A stretch of 64,000 bases of DNA, from positions 875,582-939,581 of the forward strand of contig NZ_FOYS01000001.1 of the NCBI RefSeq assembly GCF_900115785.1, in the 5' to 3' direction. The notes under the pieces were generated by a model. It was not told the DNA's origin. It was given only the letters and a program-made list of their open reading frames with translations, and did not search any database. Origin of the DNA: Halogeometricum limi. GTDB taxonomy: Archaea; Halobacteriota; Halobacteria; Halobacteriales; Haloferacaceae. Below, piece after piece: positions 49,265 to 58,327 of this stretch (its first letter is position 1; the number at the start of each line of letters is the position of its first letter). The position numbers and the translations under genes are program-made.

Positions 49265-49774
49265 ATGCGAATCGCAGTCGGTAGCGGAAATCCGGTCAAA
49301 CGGGACGCGACGGAACGGGTGTTCGACTCGGCGGCCGTCGTCGCCGAACCCGTCTCCTCTGGCGTCTCGGAACAGCCGACCGGTCACGACGAGACGCGGA
49401 CCGGCGCGGAGAACCGAGCGCTCGCCTGTCTCGACGCGGATGCCTACGACCTCGGCGTCGGCATCGAGGGCGGCGTCGCACGGTTCGCGGGCCGAGACGA
49501 CCTGTTTCTCGTCATGTGGGCGGCGGTCACCGACGGTACTCGCTGGGGGCGCGGGACGGGTCCGAGCCTCCGTCTCCCCGAGACCATCGCCGACAGAGTC
49601 GACGCCGGGGAGGAACTCGGCCCCGTGATGGACGACGTGCTCGGAACGAACGACGTCGCGAAGAAGCAGGGCGCGGCGGGCGCGTTCACGGCGGGGCGAC
49701 TCTCGCGAACCGACGCGCTCGAATCGGCCGTCGTCTCCGCCGCCGCGCCGTTTCTCTGCGACCTGTACGACTGA
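49265..49774 (+). CDS. Non-canonical purine NTP phosphatase (YjjX/DUF84 family)
   Basis: N-terminal MRIAVGSGNPVK and family length of about 170 aa. Confidence 0.7.
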   Translation: MRIAVGSGNPVKRDATERVFDSAAVVAEPVSSGVSEQPTGHDETRTGAENRALACLDADAYDLGVGIEGGVARFAGRDDLFLVMWAAVTDGTRWGRGTGPSLRLPETIADRVDAGEELGPVMDDVLGTNDVAKKQGAAGAFTAGRLSRTDALESAVVSAAAPFLCDLYD

Positions 49775-49783
49775 CCGATACGA

Positions 49784-51619
49784 CTAGTCCAGTTCGGCGG
49801 TCTCACCGTCTCTGGACTCTCTCACGTCCCTGCTCTCTTCGACGGCCGTCGTGAGCGAGACGTTCAGGCCGAGCATCGAGGCGTACCCGCCGACGACGGT
49901 GATGACGTTCTTTACCGCGTGGTCCAACACGGCCGCGCCGATGGCGACGGGGTAGCCGACGGGCGTGAGGCCGATGACGAGAAGCGTGAACGCGCCCTCG
50001 TAGAGTCCGACGCCGCCGGGCGAGAGGGGGAGCACCTTCGCGAGGTTGCCGACGCTGACGGCGAAGAAACTCACCGAGACGAGTTCCACCGTCGCGAGGC
50101 CGGGGTCGAACGCCTGCAGGACGAGCATCGCCGTCACCACGTCGAGCGTCCAGATGACGAGGCTGGAGAGGCCGACGCGTGCGAACCCGCGTCTCGTCCC
50201 GGCGACGGACTGCAGGTCGTCGACGAAGCGTTCGACGATGCCCGCGACGAACTCGGCGTAGGAGTCGGAACTCGCCCGGCGAACGAGCGACCCCGCGAGG
50301 TTGCGGTCGGACTGCGCGGAGGCGACGATGGCCGTCACGGCGACGAGGGCGGCGACGGCGACGAAGACGGCGACGCCGACGGCGACCTGTCCGGCGCCCT
50401 CCGCGCCGACGACCGTCTCCGCCAACTCGGCGGTCTGACCCGTCACCGTGTACCCCACGAGGACGATTCCCGCCAGTAAGGTGATGGTCAGGAGGTCGAA
50501 CACGCGTTCGGCCGCGAGCGACGCGAACCCGGAGGGGTACGGGATTCCGCGTCTGGCTTTCACCACGTACGCGCGGATGAAGTCACCCATCCGCGCGGGG
50601 AACACGAGGTTCCCGGTCTGACTGATGAACACCGCGCCGGTGAGGAACGTCCACCGCTCTTCGAACCCCAACTCTTCGAGGATGTCGCGGTAGCGGACGC
50701 CCCTGAGAGGCCACGAGAGCACGTAGACGAGGGCGGCGACGCCGACGAGGACGGGGTCGGCTTGCTGCATCTCCGTCAGGACGGCACCGAAGTCGAGATA
50801 CTGCGTCATCAGGAGGACGGCGAGGACGGTGAGCACCGCGCCGGCGACGAGTGCGACGCGTTGGGTGATGCGCGGGCGAACGGCGAGTTGCCACCACGTC
50901 CTGACGATTTGGCTCCCCATCCCGAACACGTCGCGGACGAGGTCCACTTTCGTGTCGCCCTTCGGCGTCCACGACACGGGGAACTCGTCGATGCGGTAGC
51001 CCGCACGCTGTGCGCGGACGAGCATCTCCGTGTCCCAGAACCAGTGTTCGTCCTCGACGTCGTCGCGTAACTCCTCGAACACCTCGCGACTGAACGCCTT
51101 GAACCCGCACTGGTGGTCGCGGATGCTCGACCCCAAGAGCAGGCGGACGAACAGGTTGAATCCGCGACTCGGGACGCCGCGCTTCGTCGGCCGGTCGGCG
51201 ATTCGGCCGGGCATCCACCGCGACCCGGTGGCGACGTCGTACCGGCCCGAGCGGACCCGTTCGACCAACTCTTCGAGGTGCTTCATGTCCGTCGCGAGGT
51301 CGGTGTCGAAGTAGACGAGAACGTCACCCTCGGCGGCCGCGAAGGCGTGTTCGAGTGCGCCGCCGCGACCCAGTCGTCGGTCGCTGTGGAAGTGTCGAAC
51401 TCTGTCGTCCGCGGCGGCCATCGCCTCGGCCAACTCCGGCGTTCGGTCGTCACAGCCGTCTTCGGCGACGATGACTTCGTACGTGCCCGACGGCAGGAAC
51501 CGAGAGAGCGTCCGGAGCGTCGTCTCCACCGTCGACTCGATGGTCTCCGCCTCGTTGTACGCGGGGAGGACGACGCTCACTTCGACCCCTGCGGACTGGT
51601 CGGTGGTCGGGCGACCCAT
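49784..51619 (-). CDS. GT2 glycosyltransferase fused to a flippase-like (LPG-synthase-TM-like) domain
   Basis: N-terminal VSVVLPAYNE...DGCDD...DTD GT-A motifs, followed by about 8 TM helices. Confidence 0.75.
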   Translation of the reverse strand: MGRPTTDQSAGVEVSVVLPAYNEAETIESTVETTLRTLSRFLPSGTYEVIVAEDGCDDRTPELAEAMAAADDRVRHFHSDRRLGRGGALEHAFAAAEGDVLVYFDTDLATDMKHLEELVERVRSGRYDVATGSRWMPGRIADRPTKRGVPSRGFNLFVRLLLGSSIRDHQCGFKAFSREVFEELRDDVEDEHWFWDTEMLVRAQRAGYRIDEFPVSWTPKGDTKVDLVRDVFGMGSQIVRTWWQLAVRPRITQRVALVAGAVLTVLAVLLMTQYLDFGAVLTEMQQADPVLVGVAALVYVLSWPLRGVRYRDILEELGFEERWTFLTGAVFISQTGNLVFPARMGDFIRAYVVKARRGIPYPSGFASLAAERVFDLLTITLLAGIVLVGYTVTGQTAELAETVVGAEGAGQVAVGVAVFVAVAALVAVTAIVASAQSDRNLAGSLVRRASSDSYAEFVAGIVERFVDDLQSVAGTRRGFARVGLSSLVIWTLDVVTAMLVLQAFDPGLATVELVSVSFFAVSVGNLAKVLPLSPGGVGLYEGAFTLLVIGLTPVGYPVAIGAAVLDHAVKNVITVVGGYASMLGLNVSLTTAVEESRDVRESRDGETAELD

Positions 51620-51732
51620 TTACCGTCTATCGCCAGCCACCGCGTATGAATTTTCTGCCTTCCGCCGCTCTTCGGGTGTGACACTGTACCGAGACGGCCG
51701 TATTCTCCGGAAGACACTCTGGATTAGCTGAC

Positions 51733-51752
51733 TGTTAGCCGACTGTACCGTG
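51733..51752 (+). repeat. Direct repeat copy A (TGTTAGCCGACTGTACCGTG), preceded by a tandem TTAGCTGACTG/TTAGCCGACTG
   Basis: Matches copy B at 52120-52139 at 18 of 20 positions. Confidence 0.6.
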
Positions 51753-51865
51753 AGAACGACACCCGAGGAGCGAACGACGGACCAGAGCCGAACGAATCGG
51801 TAGACAGCGGCGTGTTAACCACTCGTACCAAACCCCTCATACCCGTTCCTTTCCTCCGAACTGGT

Positions 51866-52114
51866 ATGAGCGCCACCGCACCCACCGCCCACCCGACCGC
51901 AGACCTCTCCGAGAAACAACGGCGTATCCTCCAGCACCTCCGCTCGCGCGCCGCAGAGCAGACGTACTTCAAGTCCCGCCTCATCGCCGAGGAACTCGGC
52001 CTCTCGGCCAAGGAAGTCGGCGCGAACATGCGAGCCATCATCGACGGCGACTTCGACGTGACCGTCGAGAAGTGGGGGTACTCGTCGGGAACGACGTGGA
52101 AGGTCACCGTCTGA
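51866..52114 (+). CDS. Small wHTH-like protein (83 aa)
   Basis: LSEKQRRILQHLRSRAAEQTYFKSRLIAEELGLSAKEV is HTH-like. It is flanked by the direct repeats. Confidence 0.5.
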   Translation: MSATAPTAHPTADLSEKQRRILQHLRSRAAEQTYFKSRLIAEELGLSAKEVGANMRAIIDGDFDVTVEKWGYSSGTTWKVTV

Positions 52115-52119
52115 GTCGG

Positions 52120-52139
52120 TGTTAGCCGACCGTACCACG
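52120..52139 (+). repeat. Direct repeat copy B (TGTTAGCCGACCGTACCACG)
   Basis: See copy A. Located 5 nt after the stop of the small gene. Confidence 0.6.
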
Positions 52140-52185
52140 GCGCTCTCCTCTTTCGACGTCCGTTCTCCGTCTTCGACGTTCCGTC

Positions 52186-52842
52186 TCAGGGGTCGTAGCG
52201 AATGAGGCTCGCGGCGTCGTCCGCGAGAGCGACGGCGTCCGGGCCGAACGAGTCGGCGTAGCGCACGAGGAGGGTGATGACCGTCTCGGGTCGCGTGATG
52301 GCGTAGCCGTCTTCGCGCGAGAGGAGGCCCGCGTCGTCGAGTTCCCGCGCGTAGTTGCTCACCGTCGCCCGAGAGACGTCCAACTGCGCGGCGACGTCGG
52401 TGCCGGTGGCGTCGGGGTCACGGAGGAGGGCGACGAGCATCCCGCGCGGCGTCCCTCGACGGAGATAGCCCAGCGTCGTCTGCTCGAAGGAGGTGAACCG
52501 CTTCGCCGGGAAGAAGCGCTTGTAGTCGCCGTCGCGGCGGAACTCGACGACGCCGTCGTCGACGAGGCGGCGCAGGTGGTACTGCGTCTCGCCGGTTCCG
52601 AGTCGTAAGTCGTCGCGCACCTTCGAGAAATGTGCGCCCGGCGTCGAGGCGACGTAGCCGACGATGGCGTCTCGTGCGTCGCTTCCGGACGTCTCCTCCG
52701 CGTCGGCCTCGGACGACCCGAGTCCGACGAGGGGCGTCGCCGCCCCGAGGGCCGCGAATCGCCGGAGCGTCGCACGCTTCTCTTCGTCCACGCCTCGGTC
52801 GGTCATCTGTGCTCGTCCCGGAGTAGGCTCGTTCTGCGACAA
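52186..52842 (-). CDS. Winged-helix transcriptional regulator with an N-terminal Tat-like or disordered region
   Basis: RRFAALGAA motif and a C-terminal HTH (VSRATVSNYARELDDAGLL). Confidence 0.6.
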   Translation of the reverse strand: MSQNEPTPGRAQMTDRGVDEEKRATLRRFAALGAATPLVGLGSSEADAEETSGSDARDAIVGYVASTPGAHFSKVRDDLRLGTGETQYHLRRLVDDGVVEFRRDGDYKRFFPAKRFTSFEQTTLGYLRRGTPRGMLVALLRDPDATGTDVAAQLDVSRATVSNYARELDDAGLLSREDGYAITRPETVITLLVRYADSFGPDAVALADDAASLIRYDP

Positions 52843-52894
52843 AAGCTCTTCGCTCCGACGGACGCGGGCCGCGAACCGTCGGCTATCGTGAGCG

Positions 52895-54118
52895 TCACTC
52901 GACTTCTTTCTCTGTCTCGCGCTGACCGTTCGTCTCGCCGCCCGCCCCGGACTCCGTCTGTCCGTCGGATTCGGCGACGACTTCGTCCGGGCTCTTGATG
53001 TCGGATTTGTCCTGCGCGTCCGCCTCGGCGACGACTTCGTCCGGGCTCTTGATGTCGGGGTCTGCTCCCTCTTTGATGGCTTGTGCCTCCTGTTCGAGTT
53101 CTTCGACGTCCATCTCGGCGGCCTGGTCTATCTGGCCGAGAATCTCTTCGATGTCGTCCAGTCCGATGAGTTCGCGCGTCTCCGCGTCGAAGTCGAGGCT
53201 GTCGAGTCCGGCCTGTTCCTGCACGTCGGAGTTCGAGAGCTGCCGGCCGTACCGACCGAGGAGGCTCGTGAGTTCCTGCGGGAGGACGAACGTCGTCGAC
53301 TCGCCCTGTCCGATGTGTTCGAGCGTCTCCATCCCCTTCTCGATGATTGCGCGTTCGCCCATCGACTCGGCGGACTTCGCGCGGAGGACGGTGGAGATGG
53401 CGTCACCCTGCGCTTCGAGGATCTGACTCTGCTTTTCACCTTGCGCGCGGATGATGTTCGACTGTTTTTCACCTTCCGCCGTCTCGACCGCAGAGCGCCG
53501 CTCACCCTGCGCCTCCAGAATCATCGCACGGCGGCGACGTTCCGCGGACGTCTGCTGTTCCATCGCCTGCTGGACGTCCTGGGAGGGGTTCACTTCGCGG
53601 ACTTCGACGGACTCCACGCGGACACCCCACTCGTCGGTCGGTTCGTCCAGTTCCTTGCGGATTCGCGCGTTTATCTCCTGTCGCTTGTTCAGCGTGTCGT
53701 CCAGTTCCATGTCGCCGAGGACGGCCCGGAGCGTCGTCTGCGCGAGGTTCGAGACGGCCTTCTTGTAGTCGTCGACCTCCAAGAACGCCTTTCGCGCGTC
53801 CATCACCTTGATGTAGACGACGGCGTCGGCGGTCACCGGCGAGTTGTCGCGGGTGATGGCTTCCTGTCTCGGGACGTCCAACGTCTGCGTCCGCATGTCG
53901 AACGCGTACGTCCGCGAGACGAACGGCGGGATGAAGTTGATACCCGGTTCCAGTAGTTTGCGGTACTCACCGAAGACGGTGAGCGCCTTCTTCTCGTACG
54001 CGTCGACGATTTCGACCATCTGGTAGACGGTCACGACGGCGAGGAGGAGAACTAACAACCCGACGAGGTACGCGCCGAGCGTGAGTCCCACCTGTAACAG
54101 CACGGGGTCCAGTACCAT
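52895..54118 (-). CDS. SPFH/band-7 (stomatin/prohibitin-like) protein
   Basis: N-terminal TM helix, SPFH domain and coiled-coil AQGE repeats. The C-terminal tail contains an in-frame duplication. Confidence 0.85.
   Translation of the reverse strand: MVLDPVLLQVGLTLGAYLVGLLVLLLAVVTVYQMVEIVDAYEKKALTVFGEYRKLLEPGINFIPPFVSRTYAFDMRTQTLDVPRQEAITRDNSPVTADAVVYIKVMDARKAFLEVDDYKKAVSNLAQTTLRAVLGDMELDDTLNKRQEINARIRKELDEPTDEWGVRVESVEVREVNPSQDVQQAMEQQTSAERRRRAMILEAQGERRSAVETAEGEKQSNIIRAQGEKQSQILEAQGDAISTVLRAKSAESMGERAIIEKGMETLEHIGQGESTTFVLPQELTSLLGRYGRQLSNSDVQEQAGLDSLDFDAETRELIGLDDIEEILGQIDQAAEMDVEELEQEAQAIKEGADPDIKSPDEVVAEADAQDKSDIKSPDEVVAESDGQTESGAGGETNGQRETEKEVE
52971..53058 (-). repeat. 34-nt perfect tandem direct repeat (period 54 nt) within the SPFH gene tail, encoding DIKSPDEVVAE twice
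   Basis: TCGGCGACGACTTCGTCCGGGCTCTTGATGTCGG at 52971-53004 and again at 53025-53058. Confidence 0.8.
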
Positions 54119-54208
54119 GTCCTGAGCTTAGCGTGTTAGTTAAATAAGAGTTCGCCCGTGACAACCGCGGACGGCGCTCTCGACGCGTCTCGCCCGCCTC
54201 GGGTCCGG

Positions 54209-54844
54209 TCAGGCCCGTTCGCTTTCGGTCTCCGTCTCGGTCGCACCGCTCTCTGCGCCGTTGTCGCTCTCTCCCCCGTCGCCGTCGTCGCCGTCGCCGC
54301 GCTCACGACGCCCGCGAGCGAGTTCCCTGTCGATGTCGTCCAGCGCAGAGTCGACCGATTCGACGGTGACGACGTTGCCGCCGCCGGGGTCGACGACGAT
54401 GACTTCGCTCCCCTCGGCTATCTCGCCGCCGACGGACCGGGCCGCGTAGTAGGGGTTGAAGCCGCCGCCCTCGTCCAGTTTCACCTCACCCTGCGTCGGC
54501 GTGACGCGTTCCGTGACCCGTGCGCTCCGCCCGCGGAGGGCTTTCGAGTCGCTGGTCTGACCGGTACCCTTCCCGCCGTACAGGTCGAACTCGCGGTAGC
54601 CGTACAGCGCGAGTGCGCCGAACAGGAAGACGAGCACGCCGAGGACGAGGGGGCTGGCGAGTGGTCCGAGGACGAGTCCGACCAGTCCCGCGGCTAAGAG
54701 CGCGATACCGAGGACGATGAAGTGCGCACCCGGTGCCAACGCCTCCGCGACCGAGAGGCCGAGTCCCGAGACGACGAGGAGGTACGGAAGCATCTCGGGG
54801 GGCAGAGACAGTTGGAGGAACGCCGGTGGCGGCGACCTGAGCAT
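54209..54844 (-). CDS. NfeD-family membrane protein (stomatin operon partner)
   Basis: N-terminal TM helices plus a C-terminal OB-fold-like domain and an acidic tail. Located upstream of the SPFH gene. Confidence 0.75.
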   Translation of the reverse strand: MLRSPPPAFLQLSLPPEMLPYLLVVSGLGLSVAEALAPGAHFIVLGIALLAAGLVGLVLGPLASPLVLGVLVFLFGALALYGYREFDLYGGKGTGQTSDSKALRGRSARVTERVTPTQGEVKLDEGGGFNPYYAARSVGGEIAEGSEVIVVDPGGGNVVTVESVDSALDDIDRELARGRRERGDGDDGDGGESDNGAESGATETETESERA

Positions 54845-54891
54845 AGCGAGACTTAGCGTGCGTGTCGATTAAGCGTTGTCACGTGAACGGG

Positions 54892-56073
54892 TCACGTCTC
54901 GGGTTCGGTCGCTTCCGGGACGATTCCCTCGTCGCGGACGAACCGAACCGTCAGTTCGTCGTCGCGGACGACGAGCGTCCCACTCGTCGCGTCTTCCGGG
55001 ACGCTGAACGCCACCCACACCTCACGCGGGTCGTTCGGGGCGAACAGTCCGGCCTGCGCGAATCCCGTCGTCCCGTTCAGGGGTTGGTGTCCGTACCGGT
55101 CACCGGCGACTTCCAGCGCCAGCGAGTCCTGGTCGAGCGACAGGTGCGAGGAGTCCTCGTTGCTCACGTTCATCCTGACGAGGACGAACGTCTCGTTCGC
55201 CGGCGCGGCGTACGTCGTCCCGTTCACCGTCAGCGTGTCCGTCGCCCGCGCGTTCCAGCGGACTTCGGCCGTCGCGTTCGCCCCGGCAGTCGAGAGCGCC
55301 GAGACGGACACGTCGCCGGAACCGCCCGACGCCGCACCGATGGCCGGCAGCCCGAGCGCGGGTCCGACGGCCGACCCGACCAGGAACACCACGAGGACGA
55401 GAAGCGCCACCGGCAGGACGACGTCCGGTCTCGGGAGACTCGTCAGCGGTCCCGGGAGCGTCGGTCCGTCTCCCTTTCCGTCCGCGTTCGACGTCTCCGC
55501 GCTCGCCGACCGACCGCCGTCGCCTCCCTCGCCGCCGACGGCACCCCCACCGTCGCCTCCCTCGCCCGACTCGCTCCCGCCGACCGGCAGTCGGTCGAGG
55601 AGCGCCTGAAAGTCGAACGGGAGCGCTTCGGGGACGGGCACGCCGTACGACCGAAGCGTCGCGAGCAACCGGTCGAGCGGACTGCCGCCGCCGGTGTACT
55701 CGCGGAGGACGTGTTCGAAGCCGCCCTCGTCGACCGTCTTCGCCAGCGTCTCGCGGTCCAAGAGGTGGATTCCCTTCGACTTCGCTATCTTCCGCACCGG
55801 GTCGGCGTACGCGCCCTGCGTCGCGACGACGCCCACGTCGATGCCCTTCTTGCGGCAGAACCCGACGAACTTCTTCAGGTGTTGCTTTTTCACGTGCGAG
55901 TCGACCGTCGGGAAGACGTACAGCGCACCGCGCTTGCCGTCGCCGCGTTTGCCGACGATGAAGTACGTCTCGTCGGGTCGCTGTTTCACGGACGTCTCCC
56001 ACCCGCGTTCGTTCCAGAGGTCTTCGAGGAACGAGACGAACGACTCGGGTTCGAGTTCGGGCAGTTTCTCCAT
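54892..56073 (-). CDS. Fusion protein: an N-terminal Mrr-type restriction-endonuclease-fold domain, a single TM helix, and an extracellular domain with N-glycosylation sequons
   Basis: FLEDLWNERGW...IVGKRGDGKRGALYV...KKGIDVGVVATQG...IHLLDRE resembles Mrr_cat. TM segment VVLPVALLVLVVFLV. Sequons NATA, NGTT, NETF, NVSN, NGTT. Confidence 0.6.
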   Translation of the reverse strand: MEKLPELEPESFVSFLEDLWNERGWETSVKQRPDETYFIVGKRGDGKRGALYVFPTVDSHVKKQHLKKFVGFCRKKGIDVGVVATQGAYADPVRKIAKSKGIHLLDRETLAKTVDEGGFEHVLREYTGGGSPLDRLLATLRSYGVPVPEALPFDFQALLDRLPVGGSESGEGGDGGGAVGGEGGDGGRSASAETSNADGKGDGPTLPGPLTSLPRPDVVLPVALLVLVVFLVGSAVGPALGLPAIGAASGGSGDVSVSALSTAGANATAEVRWNARATDTLTVNGTTYAAPANETFVLVRMNVSNEDSSHLSLDQDSLALEVAGDRYGHQPLNGTTGFAQAGLFAPNDPREVWVAFSVPEDATSGTLVVRDDELTVRFVRDEGIVPEATEPET

Positions 56074-56107
56074 CAGTGCGTCACCTCTCTCGGGTCGGTG
56101 TGGTCTC

Positions 56108-57901
56108 TCACGTGTCTCCCCCCTGTCTGCGAGCGACGAGTCCCGCGGCCGCGAGTATCGCGACGACCGCGACGGCGGGCGACAGCGAGACGCCCGTGCT
56201 CGTCGCGTCGGACGGGTCTAGCGGCGTCTCCGAGCGAACGGGGTACGGCGTCGTCGTCGCCGTCGGCGTGGCGGTGGGCGTCGCCGTCGCCGTGGGTGTC
56301 GGCGTCGGCGTCGCCGTCTCCGTCGGCGGCGCGCCGAACGAGACGCGCGCCGTGTCGTTGACGACCCACCCCGAGCGCTCGTAGGCGGTGTCGTTCCGCG
56401 AGTACGCCTCGTCACCGTCGTCGGTAACCAGTTCCGCGCGCAACGTCTGCTCGTCGTACAACGGAAGCGACAACTCCGCGCTCACGTTTCGGTGTCTCCC
56501 CGGCGCGAGGTAGTCGGACCGTCCCACGCCGTCGCCGTTTGCGTCGTGGATGCGGACGAACCCGCCTTCGGGAACCTCGACGCGAGAGAGCGTCACCGTC
56601 GCGCCGTCGGGCGACTGGTCGTCGAACCGGACGCTCGCGTTCGGCGCGACGAGGGTCACCTGCTGTGCGGTCTGCAAGAAGAACTCGTCGCCCGAGTTGA
56701 CGTCGTCGGTCCACAGCGTCGCGTTCACGCCGCGCGTCACGTCGCCCACGTCGAACGTCGTTCGGTACCGTCGCTGACTGTCCACCGTCGCCTCGCTGAT
56801 GAGGAGGAACGCGTTCGGTTTCGGCGACCGGAGGCGGACTTCGAGCGTCGTGTTCGGCGCGTACGTCGTCGTTCCCTCGACGGCGAACGACTCGTTCTCC
56901 CACGGGTAGTGGACGGAGTCGTTCGACGGCGACAGGGTCGCCACGGGGTCGACGAGGGTGAACGACCGTGTCGCCGCCGTCGTCTCCGACTCGACGAGGC
57001 CGTTCTCCTCGGTGAGGGTCAGGCGCATCTCGTACTCGTTCCGGGCGGCCTGTTTCCGAACGTCGAGGGCCGACGTGTCCAGTACGAAGTAAATCGTATC
57101 CGCCTCGAACGACGGGTAGACGGAGACGTTCGCCTCCGGGTCCGCCGTCGCCACGTACTCGTCGGGCTGGCGGTTCGGACCGGGCGCGGTCTGTGAGACG
57201 TTCAGTTTGATGCCGTTCGCGGCGGCGTCGCCCGCCAGTCGGTCGGGTTCGAGCGCCGTTTCGAGACCCGTCTCGTGAACTTTCATCACGACGTAGTCGC
57301 CGCGGGCGACGGTGGTTCCCGGCGACATCGTCCCGACGAGTTCGCCCGTGTCGGCGTTCCCGTCCGCGTCGGTGTTCGTCGACGCGCCGAACGACCCGGG
57401 CGTGACGAACGACTCCGCGCTCATCTCGCCGCGCGGTTCGACGGTGAGCGTCGACAGGTCGCGTTCGTCGCCCTCGACGGTGACGTTCATCAGGTAGTCC
57501 GCGGGCTCTATCGGCGCGTCCGGTGCGGGCGACAGGAGCGTCGCGTCGCCCCCGTCGACGTACTCGTCGGGGTCCGCGGCCGTCGTCGCGTACGTGTCGA
57601 TGACTATCTCGTCGGTTCCGCTCCCGCCGAGCGCGATGCGGAGGTGGTAGCCGTAGTCGGGGCCGCCGATAGTGACGTTCGCCGGACCGGAGTGGCTCAC
57701 GGTGAAACGCACCTCGTCGCCTCGGGTGACGTTCACGTTGTCGCTTCCGAACGAGCCGCTCGCTTCCGTCTGGAGGGTGCGTGCGGACTCGTAGCCGCTG
57801 GGTGCCCCGTGCTCGTTGGCGAGGGCGAGCGCGGGGGTGGGGCCGGCGGCGACGAGCAGTAACACCGCGGCCAGCACCGTGAGGGTGTGTGTCGATTGCA
57901 T
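56108..57901 (-). CDS. Secreted cell-surface glycoprotein with a Thr/Pro-rich linker and a C-terminal TM anchor (PGF-CTERM-like but lacking PGF)
   Basis: Signal peptide LTVLAAVLLLVAAG. Many N-x-S/T sequons. TPTPTPTATATPTATPTATTT linker followed by a C-terminal hydrophobic segment plus RRQ. Confidence 0.75.
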   Translation of the reverse strand: MQSTHTLTVLAAVLLLVAAGPTPALALANEHGAPSGYESARTLQTEASGSFGSDNVNVTRGDEVRFTVSHSGPANVTIGGPDYGYHLRIALGGSGTDEIVIDTYATTAADPDEYVDGGDATLLSPAPDAPIEPADYLMNVTVEGDERDLSTLTVEPRGEMSAESFVTPGSFGASTNTDADGNADTGELVGTMSPGTTVARGDYVVMKVHETGLETALEPDRLAGDAAANGIKLNVSQTAPGPNRQPDEYVATADPEANVSVYPSFEADTIYFVLDTSALDVRKQAARNEYEMRLTLTEENGLVESETTAATRSFTLVDPVATLSPSNDSVHYPWENESFAVEGTTTYAPNTTLEVRLRSPKPNAFLLISEATVDSQRRYRTTFDVGDVTRGVNATLWTDDVNSGDEFFLQTAQQVTLVAPNASVRFDDQSPDGATVTLSRVEVPEGGFVRIHDANGDGVGRSDYLAPGRHRNVSAELSLPLYDEQTLRAELVTDDGDEAYSRNDTAYERSGWVVNDTARVSFGAPPTETATPTPTPTATATPTATPTATTTPYPVRSETPLDPSDATSTGVSLSPAVAVVAILAAAGLVARRQGGDT

Positions 57902-58031
57902 CGGGGAGACGGCAGTTACTGCTCACTAACCGGTATCCCACATAAAACACTGCGGTCGAGTATTCAGAACTGATAATCTCGTCCGCGAGAACGCCCGATT
58001 TCGCGGGGGAGACGGAGTGTGCGGCGGTGAC

Positions 58032-58259
58032 TCACAGCGCGGTGACGAACAGGAGGACGGTGCCGACGGCACCGATGACGACGAACAGCGCGTTCTCGGC
58101 CGTCGGTCGACCGGGTTCGAGCGGTTCGAGCGTCCGCGGGTCCTCGAAGACGTCGTCCGTCTCCTCCTCCTCGTCCGCGTCGGCGGACGTGGGTGTCGTC
58201 TCCGGCGCAACAGTCGGGTCCGCTTCGGTGTCGTCGACGCCGTCGTCGCGTCTATCCAT
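58032..58259 (-). CDS. Small acidic protein with a C-terminal TM helix
   Basis: 75-aa ORF with a hydrophobic C-terminus LFVVIGAVGTVLLFVTAL. Confidence 0.4.
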   Translation of the reverse strand: MDRRDDGVDDTEADPTVAPETTPTSADADEEEETDDVFEDPRTLEPLEPGRPTAENALFVVIGAVGTVLLFVTAL

Positions 58260-58327
58260 TACCGGCGGTACGAGACGAGTCGCAAAAGGGCTACCGCCAC
58301 GCCGTCGGCGCGCGCCGGGCGGTCGGA

